Source: Candidatus Hydrothermarchaeales archaeon
Lineage (GTDB): Archaea > Hydrothermarchaeota > Hydrothermarchaeia > Hydrothermarchaeales > JAZGAD01
NCBI GenBank assembly: GCA_036444275.1
Contig: JAZGAD010000028.1
Location: 27,742 to 91,741 of the forward strand
DNA length: 64,000 nt
Reading direction: 5' to 3'
Below the pieces are notes generated by a model. That model had not been told where the DNA came from. It saw nothing but the letters and a program-made list of their open reading frames with translations, and did no database searches. The first letter of the stretch is position 1. Each line of letters starts with the position of its first letter. Shown here piece by piece: positions 39,419 to 54,491 of the stretch. The translations under genes and the position numbers were made by a program.

Positions 39419-40702
39419 CTACTTAACTGATGTGATATCTACTACCATACCGGCAGCTATTGTGGTGCCCATATCCCTAATGGCGAACCTTCCCATAGGT
39501 GGGATCTCCTTGACCTTCTCTATCACCATCGGTCTAGTGGGCTCCACCCTTATCGCTCCTGCGTCCCCTGCTTTAAGAAACTTGGGGGCCTTCTCCAATA
39601 TGTTGCCTGTTTTAGGGTCCAGTTTGCTTATGAGCTCAACAATCTTGCAGGCAACCTGAGTCGTGTGCGAATGGAATACTGGTGTATACCCAACTGTTAT
39701 CGCGCTCGGGTGCTGTAGGACCACTATCTGGGCGGTGAACTCCTTGGCGACTGTGGGTGGATTCTTTGCATGACCACATACGTCTCCCCTGCGTATATCT
39801 GTCTTACCCACACCTCGGACATTAAAGCCAACATTGTCACCAGGCTCGGCCTGCGTTATGTTTTCATGGTGCATCTCGATACTCTTCACCTCACCACTTA
39901 CCCCAGCTGGCTCGAATACTACAGTCTCCCCGACCTTCATCACCCCAGTTTCAACTCGGCCAACAGGCACGGTGCCTATACCTGTAATGGAATACACATC
40001 CTGCACTGGTAGCCGCAGGGGCAACTTAGTTGGCTTCTCAGGTACCTTCAAGGCGTCTATTGCTTCAAGGAGATTCTGCCCATCAAACCACGCTAAGTTA
40101 TCGCTCTTCTTTATAACATTGTCCCCCGTCAAGCCTGAGAGGGGTAAGAAGGTTAGTTGCTCCGGCTTATACCCCACCATCTGGAAGAGCTTCTGAAGCG
40201 GGGCTTTGAGCTCATCATACTTCTTTTGGTCATATTTAACGGCGTCCATTTTGTTTATCGCGACTATTATTTGTCCTATGCCCAAAGTCTTAGCCAAAAA
40301 GACATGCTCCTTGGTCTGAGGCATTAACCCACCTTTCTCATCCCTCTGACTAGCGTCCACTACGAGCACAGCTGCATCAGCCTGACTTGCACCCGTTATC
40401 ATGTTCTTGACGAAGTCGCGATGGCCGGGAGCATCAATGACGGTGAAGTAGTACTTATCGGTTTCCATCTTCCTATGGGCTATATCTATCGTCAGCCCAC
40501 GGGTCCTCTCTTCTTTGAGCCGATCCATAACCCAAGCGAACTCGAAGGTAGCCTTCCCTATCTTCTCAGCTTCTTCCTTGTACTGCTTTATTATATGCTC
40601 AGGTATCATCTTCATCTCATACATCATCCTTCCAACAGCTGTAGACTTCCCATGGTCCACGTGCCCGATAAACACTAAATTCAAATGCGGTTTGGCCGTC
40701 AT
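39419..40702 (-). CDS. tuf: Elongation factor 1-alpha
   Basis: [21 protein letters not shown] and GRFAIRDMG motifs. Confidence 0.99.
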   Translation of the reverse strand: MTAKPHLNLVFIGHVDHGKSTAVGRMMYEMKMIPEHIIKQYKEEAEKIGKATFEFAWVMDRLKEERTRGLTIDIAHRKMETDKYYFTVIDAPGHRDFVKNMITGASQADAAVLVVDASQRDEKGGLMPQTKEHVFLAKTLGIGQIIVAINKMDAVKYDQKKYDELKAPLQKLFQMVGYKPEQLTFLPLSGLTGDNVIKKSDNLAWFDGQNLLEAIDALKVPEKPTKLPLRLPVQDVYSITGIGTVPVGRVETGVMKVGETVVFEPAGVSGEVKSIEMHHENITQAEPGDNVGFNVRGVGKTDIRRGDVCGHAKNPPTVAKEFTAQIVVLQHPSAITVGYTPVFHSHTTQVACKIVELISKLDPKTGNILEKAPKFLKAGDAGAIRVEPTRPMVIEKVKEIPPMGRFAIRDMGTTIAAGMVVDITSVK

Positions 40703-40735
40703 ATTATTACCTCCTGTTTTCGTCTTTATTTTAAG

Positions 40736-42895
40736 TTAATTTAAACCTTTCCGTTGCCTTATCTTCTTAATTACTTCGGCTTGGAGATCCATCTGCAGTT
40801 TCTCGAAACCAGTGAACTCTGTGGACCACAAAGCTCTGCCCTCGGTAGCTGACCGAAAGTCGCCGGCAAAGCCGAACATCTCGGCAACAGGACATTTAGC
40901 CTCAATGATAACGAGGGCATCCTCTTGGCGTAGATCCAGGATCTGTCCCCGTCTGCTCTGGATTTCCCTAGTCGCGCTTCCCATATAATCCTGTGGAACA
41001 TGAATGAATACCTTGACTTTAGGCTCCATTAAATGGACATTAGCTAGGACCATTGCCTCTCGAATTGCGTCTCTAACTGCCGGTATAACTTGGGCTGGTC
41101 CACGGTGAATGGAATCCTCGTGAAGCTTGGCATCCACCAGCTTCACTTTCATCCCTGACACCTTCTCCTTTGCCAGAGGACCTGCATCTATAGCCTCGTG
41201 GAATCCCTCTTGAATGAGTGCTATAACCTCATTGAGATACTGAATTCCCCTAGTCACATTGGTGAAGACATTGTTTTGGTAGACTTCCACTATCCCCTTC
41301 GCATCTTTCTTCTCCATACCAGCCGTTTCAAAAGCTTTAGCTAGCTCTTTCCCCTTCAAACGCGAAGGTTTGAGCTCGCCTTCAACTAAGGCTCTAAAGA
41401 TCGACTCTTCTAAGGACTCGACAACAAAATAGAATTTATTGTGTTTATTAGGTGATTTACCCTCCACCGAAGGCGATACCGCGTCCACAGACTCCCTGTA
41501 CACAACTATGGGTGTTGATACATCTATATCTACGCCACGCTCTTTGATTCTATGGGTAATGATCTCCAAGTGAAGCTCTCCCATGCCTGATAATAAGTGC
41601 TCACCGGTTTCTTCGTTTATCTCCACATGGGTCGTTGGATCTTCTCTTGAGATAATATTAAGCACTTCTATGAGCTTAGGCAGGTCCTTGGGTTTCTTAG
41701 CCTCTACTGCGACGGTAACCACGGGCTCGGAGTAATGTTTGATCTCCTCGAAGGGCTCTATTGGTGCATCTACCTCAGTGATAGTTTCTCCAGCGCGAAT
41801 GTTCTTCAAACCAGTGACCATAGCTATGTTACCAGCGACGACGTGATCCGTGAACATCTTCTCGGGCCCCATATAGACGCCCACCTGTTGTGTTCTAGCT
41901 GTTGTCTTCGCATTTATCATGCTGACCTCTTTCCCCTTCATTAGTATGCCAGAGAATATCCTTCCAGTCGCCACCTCCCCTGACTGTGGATCAATCGAAA
42001 TGTCAGTGATCATCATGCCAAATTTGCCCTTTTGATCACACTCTACCATGGCTTTTCCCGTAGGGCTCTCCATATCACCGGGCCAGATTTGGGGCACCCT
42101 GTAGCGCTGGGCTACGAGGGGTGTTGGCAGGTGCGTTATCACCATATCCAAGATTATATCGGATAGTTTGGCCTTCCTAGCCAGTTCTTTCTGCTTCCCC
42201 CCAATGTTGTACTCGATTATATCCTTAAAAGTGATGCCAGTCTCCTTCATTAAGAGCACGTTTATAGCCCAGTGACTATAGGCAGAGCCAAATGCGACAC
42301 TACCATCCTCTACGTTGACCTGCCATTGCTCTTTGAACTCCTTTGAAGCCATAGATCTTATTATCTTGTTGAAACCGGAGATAATAGTTACAAACCTGCG
42401 CTGCATCTCCTCAGGTGAGAGCCTCAGCTCGTTGATGAGCCTATCCACCTTGTTTATGAAGAGAACAGGCTTGACCTTTTCTTTTAACGCCTGTCTTAAA
42501 ACAGTCTCGGTCTGGGGCATTATCCCCTCTACTGCATCCACAAGGACGATGACACCGTCTACAGCGCGCATTGCCCTAGTAACGTCGCCACCGAAATCCA
42601 CGTGCCCAGGGGTATCGATCATATTTATTAGGTAGCTTTTCCCTTTGTGTTCGTGTACCATAGAGACATTGGCTGAGTCTATGGTTATACCCCTGATCTG
42701 CTCCTGGAGATCTGAGTCAAGATAGAGTTGTTGACCAGCTAATTCCTCTGATATCATACCAGCTCCAGCTAGGAGGTTGTCGCTGAGCGTAGTCTTGCCG
42801 TGGTCGATATGCGCCACTATGCCCATGTTCCTTATGTACTCGAGCTTGTCCATCAACTTCTCGATTTTTTTAACCATATCTTCCCGTCTGCCCAT
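40736..42895 (-). CDS. fusA: Elongation factor 2
   Basis: [21 protein letters not shown] and the diphthamide loop [11 protein letters not shown]. Confidence 0.98.
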   Translation of the reverse strand: MGRREDMVKKIEKLMDKLEYIRNMGIVAHIDHGKTTLSDNLLAGAGMISEELAGQQLYLDSDLQEQIRGITIDSANVSMVHEHKGKSYLINMIDTPGHVDFGGDVTRAMRAVDGVIVLVDAVEGIMPQTETVLRQALKEKVKPVLFINKVDRLINELRLSPEEMQRRFVTIISGFNKIIRSMASKEFKEQWQVNVEDGSVAFGSAYSHWAINVLLMKETGITFKDIIEYNIGGKQKELARKAKLSDIILDMVITHLPTPLVAQRYRVPQIWPGDMESPTGKAMVECDQKGKFGMMITDISIDPQSGEVATGRIFSGILMKGKEVSMINAKTTARTQQVGVYMGPEKMFTDHVVAGNIAMVTGLKNIRAGETITEVDAPIEPFEEIKHYSEPVVTVAVEAKKPKDLPKLIEVLNIISREDPTTHVEINEETGEHLLSGMGELHLEIITHRIKERGVDIDVSTPIVVYRESVDAVSPSVEGKSPNKHNKFYFVVESLEESIFRALVEGELKPSRLKGKELAKAFETAGMEKKDAKGIVEVYQNNVFTNVTRGIQYLNEVIALIQEGFHEAIDAGPLAKEKVSGMKVKLVDAKLHEDSIHRGPAQVIPAVRDAIREAMVLANVHLMEPKVKVFIHVPQDYMGSATREIQSRRGQILDLRQEDALVIIEAKCPVAEMFGFAGDFRSATEGRALWSTEFTGFEKLQMDLQAEVIKKIRQRKGLN

Positions 42896-42914
42896 CGTAA
42901 CTCACCAAAAAAAG

Positions 42915-43505
42915 TTATCTAGCGGCTCTGGCGATTCTTTCCAGCTCCTCTTTCTTAGATATAGAATAACACTTTAGATCATATCTGGCAGCAGCCATTA
43001 TTTCCTCAGCTAATACACGTTCTATTGGTTTCTTGTTCTTGAAGGCAGCCCTCGATGCTCCGACTGTGACGAATCGGAGGGCCATGTCAAGCCTGCGTTG
43101 GGGGGATATATCTACGCTCTGATGGTAGGCTATTCCACCGTACTTTATTCTTGTCGTGTCCTCTCTGGGTGCGGCATTGGATAATGCTTCTACCAGCACC
43201 TGAAGGGGATTTCTCTTCGCTTGCTTCTCTATAATAGAAAATGCATCCCGCACAATCTTGTAGCCCAAGTGCTTTTTACCCACGTTCCTACCACTGCTCC
43301 GCTTATGCTTTTTTCCATCATGGCCCGACACAAGAATCCTGTTTATCAGCCTCTCCACTATGTTCACTTCAGACTTACCGAAGGGGCTAGCATGCCTTCC
43401 ACCGCTGTGTGGGATGTGAATGGACTTGAGATTTATGCAGGCCCTTAAAGCCGGATCCCTCACCTCCACTTCACTAGTATCCCAGAGCCCAAAAAGCTTA
43501 AACAT
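42915..43505 (-). CDS. rps7: 30S ribosomal protein S7
   Basis: PHSGGRH, IVERLIN, NP.QVLV.A and VDISPQRR motifs. Confidence 0.97.
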   Translation of the reverse strand: MFKLFGLWDTSEVEVRDPALRACINLKSIHIPHSGGRHASPFGKSEVNIVERLINRILVSGHDGKKHKRSSGRNVGKKHLGYKIVRDAFSIIEKQAKRNPLQVLVEALSNAAPREDTTRIKYGGIAYHQSVDISPQRRLDMALRFVTVGASRAAFKNKKPIERVLAEEIMAAARYDLKCYSISKKEELERIARAAR

Positions 43506-43521
43506 ATATCTGCCCTCTAAC

Positions 43522-43959
43522 TTATCTTATAGGTTTCTCCTTCCTACCCCTTACTAGTTCTTGAAGGGAGACATTGTTGACCTTGATGACTTTGAACCTC
43601 ACACCAGGGATATCCCCCATGCTTCCACCCTTCCGTCCCCCGATACCGTCTATCACAACCTCATCGTGCTCATCTATAAAGTTAATGGCACCGCTCCCCG
43701 GGGTAAATGCTGTAACCTGCCGACCGCTCTTAATAAGCTGGACCTTAACACACTTCCTAATTCCAGAATTCGGTTGCTTGGCTTCTATTCCAACTTTCTC
43801 TAGGACTATGCCTCTAGCCATTGGGGCCCCCTCAAGAGGATTGGATTTCTCCTTCAATTTCAGGACCCTCCTCTTATACTTAGGGCTATTCCACCTGAAC
43901 TGCTTTCTCCTAGTGCGCAGCTTTCTTCCCGAACCTTCTCCTGTTGATTTCTTAGCCAT
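43522..43959 (-). CDS. rps12: 30S ribosomal protein S12
   Basis: [21 protein letters not shown] and [10 protein letters not shown] motifs. Confidence 0.98.
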   Translation of the reverse strand: MAKKSTGEGSGRKLRTRRKQFRWNSPKYKRRVLKLKEKSNPLEGAPMARGIVLEKVGIEAKQPNSGIRKCVKVQLIKSGRQVTAFTPGSGAINFIDEHDEVVIDGIGGRKGGSMGDIPGVRFKVIKVNNVSLQELVRGRKEKPIR

Positions 43960-43969
43960 CATATCCACC

Positions 43970-44395
43970 TCATACCATCGTGATATCTATATGGTGGTGC
44001 CTTTCAGCAAGGGTCTGTGCCTTATGGAGGTTCTTTCCTTTCCTACCTATTGCCTGCCCTTTGTCCCTGACATCCATTTCTACCAGGGCCACCTTCTTTT
44101 CAGGCTTATCCACGATGGATACCTTTTTAACCCTCAGTGGGTGAAATAGGTTCCTAACGAATTCGGCTGGATCCTCAGCATACTCCATAACTTCTATCTT
44201 CCTGCCTATGTTCTGTCTGACCTTCTGGATATTTGATCCTTTTCTTCCAATCGCTAGCCCCATATCCCCCTTTTTAACGACGAAAATTATTTTGTTTTCC
44301 TCTTCATCTATAATGCAGTCCTTAGCTACAACCCCGGTTGTATTTTCAAATAGAGCTATATATCCGATCTCATTAGCTGAAAGCTTCAGTGACAT
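43970..44395 (-). CDS. nusA: Archaeal NusA (KH-domain)
   Basis: FE..TG....DC, G.AIGRKG.N twice; conserved operon position. Confidence 0.95.
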   Translation of the reverse strand: MSLKLSANEIGYIALFENTTGVVAKDCIIDEEENKIIFVVKKGDMGLAIGRKGSNIQKVRQNIGRKIEVMEYAEDPAEFVRNLFHPLRVKKVSIVDKPEKKVALVEMDVRDKGQAIGRKGKNLHKAQTLAERHHHIDITMV

Positions 44396-44436
44396 GCTAC
44401 TTTCCTTCTGTTATCTGTCCTCTACGTTACCCAGTT

Positions 44437-44745
44437 CTACTTCACTATCCCCCTACCCAGCTCCAAAACTTCAGAATCCCCTGCCTCAAAGATCCCAAGC
44501 TGCGAAACGATGAATGGCTTGCCACATATAGAGCCCAAGGCTAAACTTGAGCCATCGAATTCATACACCGGGGTCTTAGAGAGTTCAGCATAACGCTTCA
44601 AATTATTTTTCAGCGCTGAAGGACAATTTGCAGCTACAATAGCTAGTTTCAACTCCTTTTTTCGGATAGCTCTGAGGGTCTCTTTTTCTCCAAGAACTAC
44701 TTTTCCGGTTTTGACTGCCGTTCTTATCGCTTTTCCCACATCCAA
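44437..44745 (-). CDS. rpl30e: 50S ribosomal protein L30e (TTG start)
   Basis: AVKTGKVVLG, A.NCP and LG..CGKPF motifs. Confidence 0.96.
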   Translation of the reverse strand: MDVGKAIRTAVKTGKVVLGEKETLRAIRKKELKLAIVAANCPSALKNNLKRYAELSKTPVYEFDGSSLALGSICGKPFIVSQLGIFEAGDSEVLELGRGIVK

Positions 44746-44749
44746 TTGA

Positions 44750-48545
<3,796 letters not shown>

Positions 48546-48559
48546 CTCAATCCTCCAAA

Positions 48560-50374
48560 TTATGCCTTATCCCCCAGGATCAGCCGTGGGTTTACTGCAA
48601 GGGATTTCAACTCGTCTAGTAATAGCTTAAAGGCATATGATACTTCTACCTCTGCTGCATCTATATCACGCCCGCAAATAGAACAGTAAACGGTATCTCG
48701 CATCCTATCGAATACTGCGATGTAGCCACACTTTTCACAGACATGCATTACATGCCTGTCGCTCTCATCCAGCAACCGCTCTTTAAGGAGGAGCGCGGCT
48801 CCATAGCCTATGAGACAGTCCCTTTCCATTTCACCGAAGCGCAGGCCTCCTTCTCTAGCCCGTCCCTCTGTGGGCTGTCTAGTCAATACCTGAACAGGGC
48901 CGCGAGAGCGTGCATGAATCTTTCCAGATACCATGTGATGGAGTTTCTGGTAGTATGCGACTCCTATGAATATCTCAGCTTCTATTCGTTTGCCAGTAAC
49001 GCCATCGTACATAATCTCCCTACCGGTATGCTTGAAGCCGTTCCTCTTCAGGGCTTCTCTGAGTTCCATCTCAGGCGTGCCTGAAAAGGCAGTACCATCT
49101 ATTGCATTGCCCTCAAGAGAAGCAACCTTGCCGCCAATCATCTCCAGTACTTGCCCAACGGTCATCCTAGAGGGTATGGCATGAGGGTTTATGATCAAAT
49201 CGGGTATAATGCCGTCCTCAGTAAAGGGTAGATCCTCCTGGGCTGCAATCAGTCCTATAACCCCCTTCTGGCCGTGCCTAGATGCAAACTTGTCTCCTAG
49301 TTCGGGGATACGCTGGTCCCTCATCCTTATTTTTGCCAGCTTGTTACCGTTAGAGCTTTCACTAAGCATTACCAAGTCCACTATACCCCTCTCCCCGTGC
49401 CTTATAGTGACTGAGGTCTCCCTCCGCTTCTCTCTAGCCACGCCGTATTCGCTGATCTCCTCTAAAAACCTGGGTGGAGAGGTCTTCCCTACTAGAACTT
49501 GCCCGGAAGACACCTCTGAGCCCGGCTCTATAAGGCCGTCTTCGCCGAGGAACGCGTAGTCCTCGTCGGCTCTATAACCCCTGATTTCAGGATCAGGAAG
49601 TTCAAACGTATCTACCTGGCCGCCAGGATACCTCCTTTCCTCTGCCTCATAGGACCTGAAGAAAGTGCTCCTTCCAAGGCCTCGTTCCACAGATGCTTTG
49701 TTCATGACCAACGCATCTTCTATGTTATAGCCTTGATAGGATAGTACAGCCACTACGTAATTCTGGCCGGATGCCCTACTGTCATAGCCTACGGCATCCA
49801 TGATGACAGTCTCTACCAGCGCCCTTTGAGGATAATGGAGTAGGTGTCCTCTTGTGTCAGAGCGGTACTTATAGTTGGAAGCATAGAAACCTAGGGACTG
49901 CTTTGCCATTCCAGCCCCCATAGTATTCCTAGGGGACGCGTTATGCTCAGAATATGGTAGTATGGCGGCACATACACCAAGCGTGAGGATAGGGTCTATC
50001 TCCATATGCGTGTGTTCCTTGGTGAGTTCCTCTAGCGAGATAGCTATGTAGGTGTTTTCCTCTTCCTCAGAGTCTAAGTACTCCACCAAGCCTTTGGAGA
50101 CAATATCATCCCAGGTGAGCTCGCCTTTTTCTAGAGCCTCTAGTTCGCTTTTCTTTATCTTCGGCCTACCTTTTTCCACAAGCAGGACTGGTCTCCTAGC
50201 CCTGCCAGCGTCAGTGTTTACAGATACCTCGTTGGTATCCTCATAGTAAGTCACATTGGTCTGCCGGGATATCCTTCCTTTCCTCCTTAAGTCTTTGAGC
50301 TTCTGCACAAATCCGAGAGGATCTGGATGAGTCCCTATAAGTCTCCAGTTTATGTAGATATTCGCATCCATCAC
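48560..50374 (-). CDS. rpoB1: RNA polymerase subunit B' (Rpo2C)
   Basis: [33 protein letters not shown] and a Zn ribbon. Confidence 0.98.
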   Translation of the reverse strand: MMDANIYINWRLIGTHPDPLGFVQKLKDLRRKGRISRQTNVTYYEDTNEVSVNTDAGRARRPVLLVEKGRPKIKKSELEALEKGELTWDDIVSKGLVEYLDSEEEENTYIAISLEELTKEHTHMEIDPILTLGVCAAILPYSEHNASPRNTMGAGMAKQSLGFYASNYKYRSDTRGHLLHYPQRALVETVIMDAVGYDSRASGQNYVVAVLSYQGYNIEDALVMNKASVERGLGRSTFFRSYEAEERRYPGGQVDTFELPDPEIRGYRADEDYAFLGEDGLIEPGSEVSSGQVLVGKTSPPRFLEEISEYGVAREKRRETSVTIRHGERGIVDLVMLSESSNGNKLAKIRMRDQRIPELGDKFASRHGQKGVIGLIAAQEDLPFTEDGIIPDLIINPHAIPSRMTVGQVLEMIGGKVASLEGNAIDGTAFSGTPEMELREALKRNGFKHTGREIMYDGVTGKRIEAEIFIGVAYYQKLHHMVSGKIHARSRGPVQVLTRQPTEGRAREGGLRFGEMERDCLIGYGAALLLKERLLDESDRHVMHVCEKCGYIAVFDRMRDTVYCSICGRDIDAAEVEVSYAFKLLLDELKSLAVNPRLILGDKA

Positions 50375-51870
50375 GGTCCACCTTTTTTAATGGGTTTTAC
50401 CCCCAACTCGTAGAACATCGATTCTATCTCGGCGTCGTCATAGCCAGTTGAAAATTCGCAAGCTAACGCTAGATTCTTCACCAATCCACAGTTTGGGCCC
50501 TCGGGTGTTTCAGCAGGACATATCTTACCCCATTGTGTCGGGTGTAAATCCCTGGCCTCGAAATGAGGCTGTGACCTACTAAGGGGTGAGACCACGCGTC
50601 TCAAGTGGGATACCACGGATAAATAGTTCGTCCTATCTAGAAGTTGACTAACACCAGCTCTACCGCCCACCCAATTGCCAGTGGCTAGCGCATGCCGCAT
50701 GCGCTCAGTTAATACGTCTGCTCGAACTGCAGTCTGGACACTGGGCTCTTTTCCCCTAACAACAGCCCTCTCCAGTTGGTACTTTATGTCCCGTGTAAGG
50801 TTATAGAAGGCCACTCTAAAGAGGTCCTCCATTAGGTCGCCGGACAACCGCAGGCGCTTATTGGCATAGTGATCCTTGTCATCTGGCTCCCGGTTTCCAA
50901 GTGTAAGCTCCAAAACCCTTACCACCATCCTACTTAAGTAGTGGGCCTTTTTCAGCCTGTCTTCGGGCGCAGTGCCAACATGAGGTAATAAGTAGCGGTC
51001 TATGACCTGCTCTGCCCTCTTAATCCGGTACTCCCGCATCTGTCCAGTCGCCACCTTCTTTCCTATTATCTCTATGGCGGCCTCCTTGGTCTTAACATCC
51101 AAGTATTCTTCTAGATTCTGGAGTACGTCTTGGAGGATCTCTGGGTCATCCGAGATCGTAGTTACAATCTCTTGATCTGTCTCAATACCTAGGGCCCGCA
51201 TTAGAATGACGAATGGTATACTCCCTGGCACTGATGGAAATGCTACCTCTAGGAGCCCCTCTTTACCTCTCTGCACAGTTACGAGGGCTCTGAAGCCGCT
51301 TCTTCTAGAAAATACTTTGGCCACTTCAACTACCTTGGAGTACTTTTCATTGCGCTCCAGCATGATCTTATTCGGTGCCAAATCCTCGATTGTTACTAAA
51401 GCTCTCTCCGATCCATTGACTATGAAATATCCACCTGGGTCAAGAGGGTCTTCCCCGGCATCTATAAGCTCCTTCTCGCTCAACTCATAAAGGTTGCAGA
51501 CCCTGGACTTCAGCATCGTTGGAAGCATGCCTATCTTGACCTTCTCTGATGCCCCCTCCTTCTCGTCCTTTTTAGGCGTCATTTCCAAGTATATGGGAGA
51601 GAAATAGCTCAGGTTGCGCAGTCTAGCCTCGTTGGGTTTTACTTTATTAATGGAGCCGTCAGCCTCTATAACCTCGGCCTTGCCGACCTCTATCTTACCC
51701 AGAATGATCTCGAGCCCCACATCTGTCTCAATCTTCCCTAGATCCTCTACTATTGCTTGAAGCCTGTTTTCTATGAAATCGTTATAGGAATCTATATGCT
51801 GCCTCACAAGTTCCCTCTTCCTCAAAAAGGAGAGCAGAACCTGTTTTAAATCCAAACTAGCATCGCTCAC
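50371..51870 (-). CDS. rpoB2: RNA polymerase subunit B'' (Rpo2N)
   Basis: [31 protein letters not shown] and [17 protein letters not shown] motifs. Confidence 0.98.
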   Translation of the reverse strand: MSDASLDLKQVLLSFLRKRELVRQHIDSYNDFIENRLQAIVEDLGKIETDVGLEIILGKIEVGKAEVIEADGSINKVKPNEARLRNLSYFSPIYLEMTPKKDEKEGASEKVKIGMLPTMLKSRVCNLYELSEKELIDAGEDPLDPGGYFIVNGSERALVTIEDLAPNKIMLERNEKYSKVVEVAKVFSRRSGFRALVTVQRGKEGLLEVAFPSVPGSIPFVILMRALGIETDQEIVTTISDDPEILQDVLQNLEEYLDVKTKEAAIEIIGKKVATGQMREYRIKRAEQVIDRYLLPHVGTAPEDRLKKAHYLSRMVVRVLELTLGNREPDDKDHYANKRLRLSGDLMEDLFRVAFYNLTRDIKYQLERAVVRGKEPSVQTAVRADVLTERMRHALATGNWVGGRAGVSQLLDRTNYLSVVSHLRRVVSPLSRSQPHFEARDLHPTQWGKICPAETPEGPNCGLVKNLALACEFSTGYDDAEIESMFYELGVKPIKKGGP

Positions 51871-52103
51871 TCCCGCACCACCACCCTGTAGAAAAGACTC
51901 ACTCCAGCGGTCCTGCTCTTTCGGGTTACCTCTAGTGTATCCCCTATATTAGCCTTGACTTTCTTTACTGCTGCATCTGTAACCAGAATCTTGGGTAGCT
52001 GTCCTTTGCTGACATTCAATTCCTTGAGAAGTCGCTCAGCTTCTTTCTTACTCAAGATTCTGTGTGGAGGTACTAACTCATGCTTCAGAATATCCAGCTT
52101 CAA
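51867..52103 (-). CDS. rpoH: RNA polymerase subunit H (Rpo5)
   Basis: HELVP.H.ILS, QLPKI...D, RKS.TAG and YRVV motifs. The TTG at 52103 follows a GGAGG SD. Confidence 0.96.
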   Translation of the reverse strand: MKLDILKHELVPPHRILSKKEAERLLKELNVSKGQLPKILVTDAAVKKVKANIGDTLEVTRKSRTAGVSLFYRVVVRE

Positions 52104-52136
52104 ATTCTCCCTCCGATTATCGTACCTCAAGTGCTA

Positions 52137-52211
52137 CGGGCCCGGCAGGATTTGAACCCGCGACTCCCGGCTTAAAAGGCCAGAGCTCTAGCCAGACTGA
52201 GCTACGGGCCC
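52137..52211 (-). tRNA. tRNA-Lys(UUU)
   Basis: GGGCCCG acceptor stem, CTGGC-CTTTTAA-GCCGG anticodon arm and GGTTCAAATCC. Confidence 0.96.
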
Positions 52212-52302
52212 TTTGCTCTTTAGAGGATGATTGTTCATAGTAAAATGAGCTTCCTACGATCTCCATATTCTCGTCTCTCCATTTTTAGGCGTCACATAGT
52301 GA

Positions 52303-52394
52303 CGCCCTGGTCGGGATTTGAACCCGAGTCACGGGAGTTCTACTTTCTTCCGAAATTGACAGTCCCGTATGATAGGCCTCTACACTACCAGGGC
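52303..52394 (-). tRNA. tRNA-Asp(GUC) with 19-nt intron at 37/38 (52338-52356)
   Basis: GCCCTGG/CCAGGGC acceptor stem and CGGGA-CTGTCA[ATTTCGGAAGAAAGTAGAA]C-TCCCG anticodon arm. The intron forms a BHB-like motif with a TTTC-GGAA-GAAA hairpin. Confidence 0.94.
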
Positions 52395-52477
52395 TAACTT
52401 CCCTTAAGGCCCTATTTTATCTGCTGACCGACTGAGCGCCCTCACTCTATCCTCTGTCTCTAAACTGTTAAAATCAT

Positions 52478-52604
52478 TGGGTTGGCAGCGTCTCCGGTTT
52501 CCCATAGGCTCACGCACCATAGTACACCCGAAATCGCTGGGGGACTTTACTTCCGTGTTCAGCTGGGAACGGGTGTGACCCCCCCGCTTTGGCCGCCATG
52601 CCCA
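52478..52604 (-). rRNA. rrf: 5S rRNA
   Basis: TGGCGGCCAAAGCGG...CACCCGTTCCCA..GAACACGGAAGTAAAG...GTACT...GGGAAAC...GCTGCCA. Ends are approximate. Confidence 0.92.
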
Positions 52605-52618
52605 TTTTAAGTTAGGTA

Positions 52619-52631
52619 TATATAAAGCTTT
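52619..52631 (-). promoter_or_regulatory. BRE/TATA for the 5S-tRNA-rpo transcription unit
   Basis: AAAGC-TTTATATA on the minus strand just upstream of the 5S gene. Confidence 0.65.
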
Positions 52632-53219
52632 CTATTTTAGACGCGGATATTTCGGAGTTACCTTCTCATCCAGACTGCTGGTGAAATCGTCACCTCCTAA
52701 GTGTAATATAGGTTGAATCTTTTCTAAGATATATCTGCCATCAAAGATACCGTCGTTCACAGTTATTGATACTACCTCGCCTATGAATATAGTGTGATCC
52801 CCTGCTTTCACGTAGTCTGCAACCCTGCACTCTAGGTGGGCCATGCATTCTCTAATTAGCGGAGGCCTAACCTTTTTTGCGGGTATAGGAGTTAGCCCAG
52901 TTGCCTTGAATTTATCTACATTTCTACCAGAATTTCGTCCGCAGAATAAAGTCTCCTTAGCGATTTCCATAGTTGGTATGTTGACCACGAATTCCCTAGA
53001 TTTCATAACAAGACCGTGGGAGTACCTCTCTGGCGCTATGCTTACGGCTACTAAAGGAGGTTTGAAGGATACAGGCATCGACCATGCCATGGTTATTATA
53101 TTGGCATTGCCCTCTTCGTCGATAGAAGTAAGGAGAATCGTCAGCCTCGGGTACATGAGATGCATCGCATGACTTAGAGACACGTCTACCTTAGCATTCA
53201 TTTTACTCACTCTATCCAT
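52632..53219 (-). CDS. Flavin reductase-like (FlaRed/DIM6-NTAB) protein
   Basis: N......W.MPVSF.PP, EFVVNIP, CG..SG...DKF and GDHTIFIGEV motifs. Confidence 0.92.
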   Translation of the reverse strand: MDRVSKMNAKVDVSLSHAMHLMYPRLTILLTSIDEEGNANIITMAWSMPVSFKPPLVAVSIAPERYSHGLVMKSREFVVNIPTMEIAKETLFCGRNSGRNVDKFKATGLTPIPAKKVRPPLIRECMAHLECRVADYVKAGDHTIFIGEVVSITVNDGIFDGRYILEKIQPILHLGGDDFTSSLDEKVTPKYPRLK

Positions 53220-53320
53220 CCCATTTTAATTATTTTGCTTCTTTTTCCATACCCTTAATATGGATTCTGATTTCAAAAAGCTTTAAATTAGAATAGGGAT
53301 ATTCAAGGTTAGGTGTGAAA

Positions 53321-53677
53321 ATGGCAGAAGTAACTGATGTTAGGATATATACAATGGAAGGTACTGGAAATCTGAAGGCATATGCTACTGTGACCCTGGA
53401 CGAAGCTTATGTGGTCCACGGCCTCAAGGTTTTAGAAGGTGAGACCGGCCTCTGGGTCAGCATGCCGGCTTCCAAGAATAAGAAAGGTGAGTATAAGGAT
53501 GTGTTCCACCCTATCTCAAAAGAAGCCAGGGGAGCTCTTGTTGATGCAGTCATTGAGGGCTATGAGAGCATGATTTCAAGGGGAGGGGCAGAAGGAGAAG
53601 CAAAAGGAGGAGGAAGCGAAGGAGAAGAAGAAGCTAAAGAAGAAGAAGCTAAAGAAGAAGCTGAAGAAGAAACATAG
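53321..53677 (+). CDS. spoVG: SpoVG-family nucleic-acid-binding protein with acidic tail
   Basis: VTDVRI, LKAYATVTLD...VVHGLKV..G..GLWVSMP and GEYKDVFHPI motifs. Confidence 0.9.
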   Translation: MAEVTDVRIYTMEGTGNLKAYATVTLDEAYVVHGLKVLEGETGLWVSMPASKNKKGEYKDVFHPISKEARGALVDAVIEGYESMISRGGAEGEAKGGGSEGEEEAKEEEAKEEAEEET

Positions 53678-53686
53678 ATCATATAT

Positions 53687-53707
53687 CATTCATCATTCAT
53701 CATTCAC
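53687..53707 (+). repeat. Heptamer tandem repeat (CATTCAT)2 CATTCAC
   Basis: Read directly, 10 nt after the spoVG stop. Confidence 0.7.
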
Positions 53708-53762
53708 GTAAATACGTTCATAATAGGCAACGTAAGAATAAATATAATGATTACCGATTTGA

Positions 53763-54434
53763 TTACTCAATAGTAGTCCCGATGGACTCTTCACTTTTTA
53801 TCGCTTTCTCAATATTCTCCAATTTCATTCCATTTAGCACTATAGTCTTAATCTTCTTGTCCCTGATTATTCTGACGGCAGTAGGATCTATTATAGTGTT
53901 TACTCCCGCGGTATGCTCGTTGGAAACCATTTTTAGCAGTTCTTCGTAGCTTAGCGAGTCAAATTTTTTCGCCCCAGGCGTCTTCTTTGGGTCTGAGTCA
54001 TAGATGCCGTCTACATCGGTGACATCTAGCAGCAGGTCTGCATTGCATCTAGCAGCCAGTTCAGCTGCCACCGCATCTGTTGTTTGACCAGGCTTTAAGC
54101 CTCCCATGACAAAGATCTTTTCTGATTCGCATGCACCCTCGAAAGTCCTAGACACGCCACTAGTATTCTCTCCGAGAGCTGCGCATAAAAGCATGGCATT
54201 CATTCGGGTAGCTGCTATCCCCACCTCATCGCACAATTGCTCGCCAGCTTCCAACTCCCGGGCATACGCTATATAGTCTCTAGCTATCTTGCCACCACCC
54301 ACTACTACGAGGAGTTTGTAGCCTTCGCCCCGTAGAGCCACTAGGAGATTAGAGAAAGCCGTTATATACTCAAGTCTAGGAGTAGGGGATGCCAGCACCG
54401 AGCCGCCTATGCTGATCACTACCTTTTGGGCCAT
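53763..54434 (-). CDS. pyrH: UMP kinase
   Basis: VISIGGS, VVGGG..AR.Y, PGQTTDAVAA and VDGIY.SDP motifs. Confidence 0.96.
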   Translation of the reverse strand: MAQKVVISIGGSVLASPTPRLEYITAFSNLLVALRGEGYKLLVVVGGGKIARDYIAYARELEAGEQLCDEVGIAATRMNAMLLCAALGENTSGVSRTFEGACESEKIFVMGGLKPGQTTDAVAAELAARCNADLLLDVTDVDGIYDSDPKKTPGAKKFDSLSYEELLKMVSNEHTAGVNTIIDPTAVRIIRDKKIKTIVLNGMKLENIEKAIKSEESIGTTIE

Positions 54435-54491
54435 CTCTTTAAGTTTCGGCTACCAAGATATAAATGTAACATGTCACAAGGGGATATAATC

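Noticed and set aside
40736-42895. Diphthamide-less EF-2 paralogue
   Set aside because: The canonical HRG motif is present and the gene is in the normal str operon position.
52137-52604. Stand-alone 5S rRNA with tRNA-Asp/Lys as a novelty
   Set aside because: 5S genes within tRNA clusters unlinked from 16S-23S are already known in several euryarchaeal lineages.
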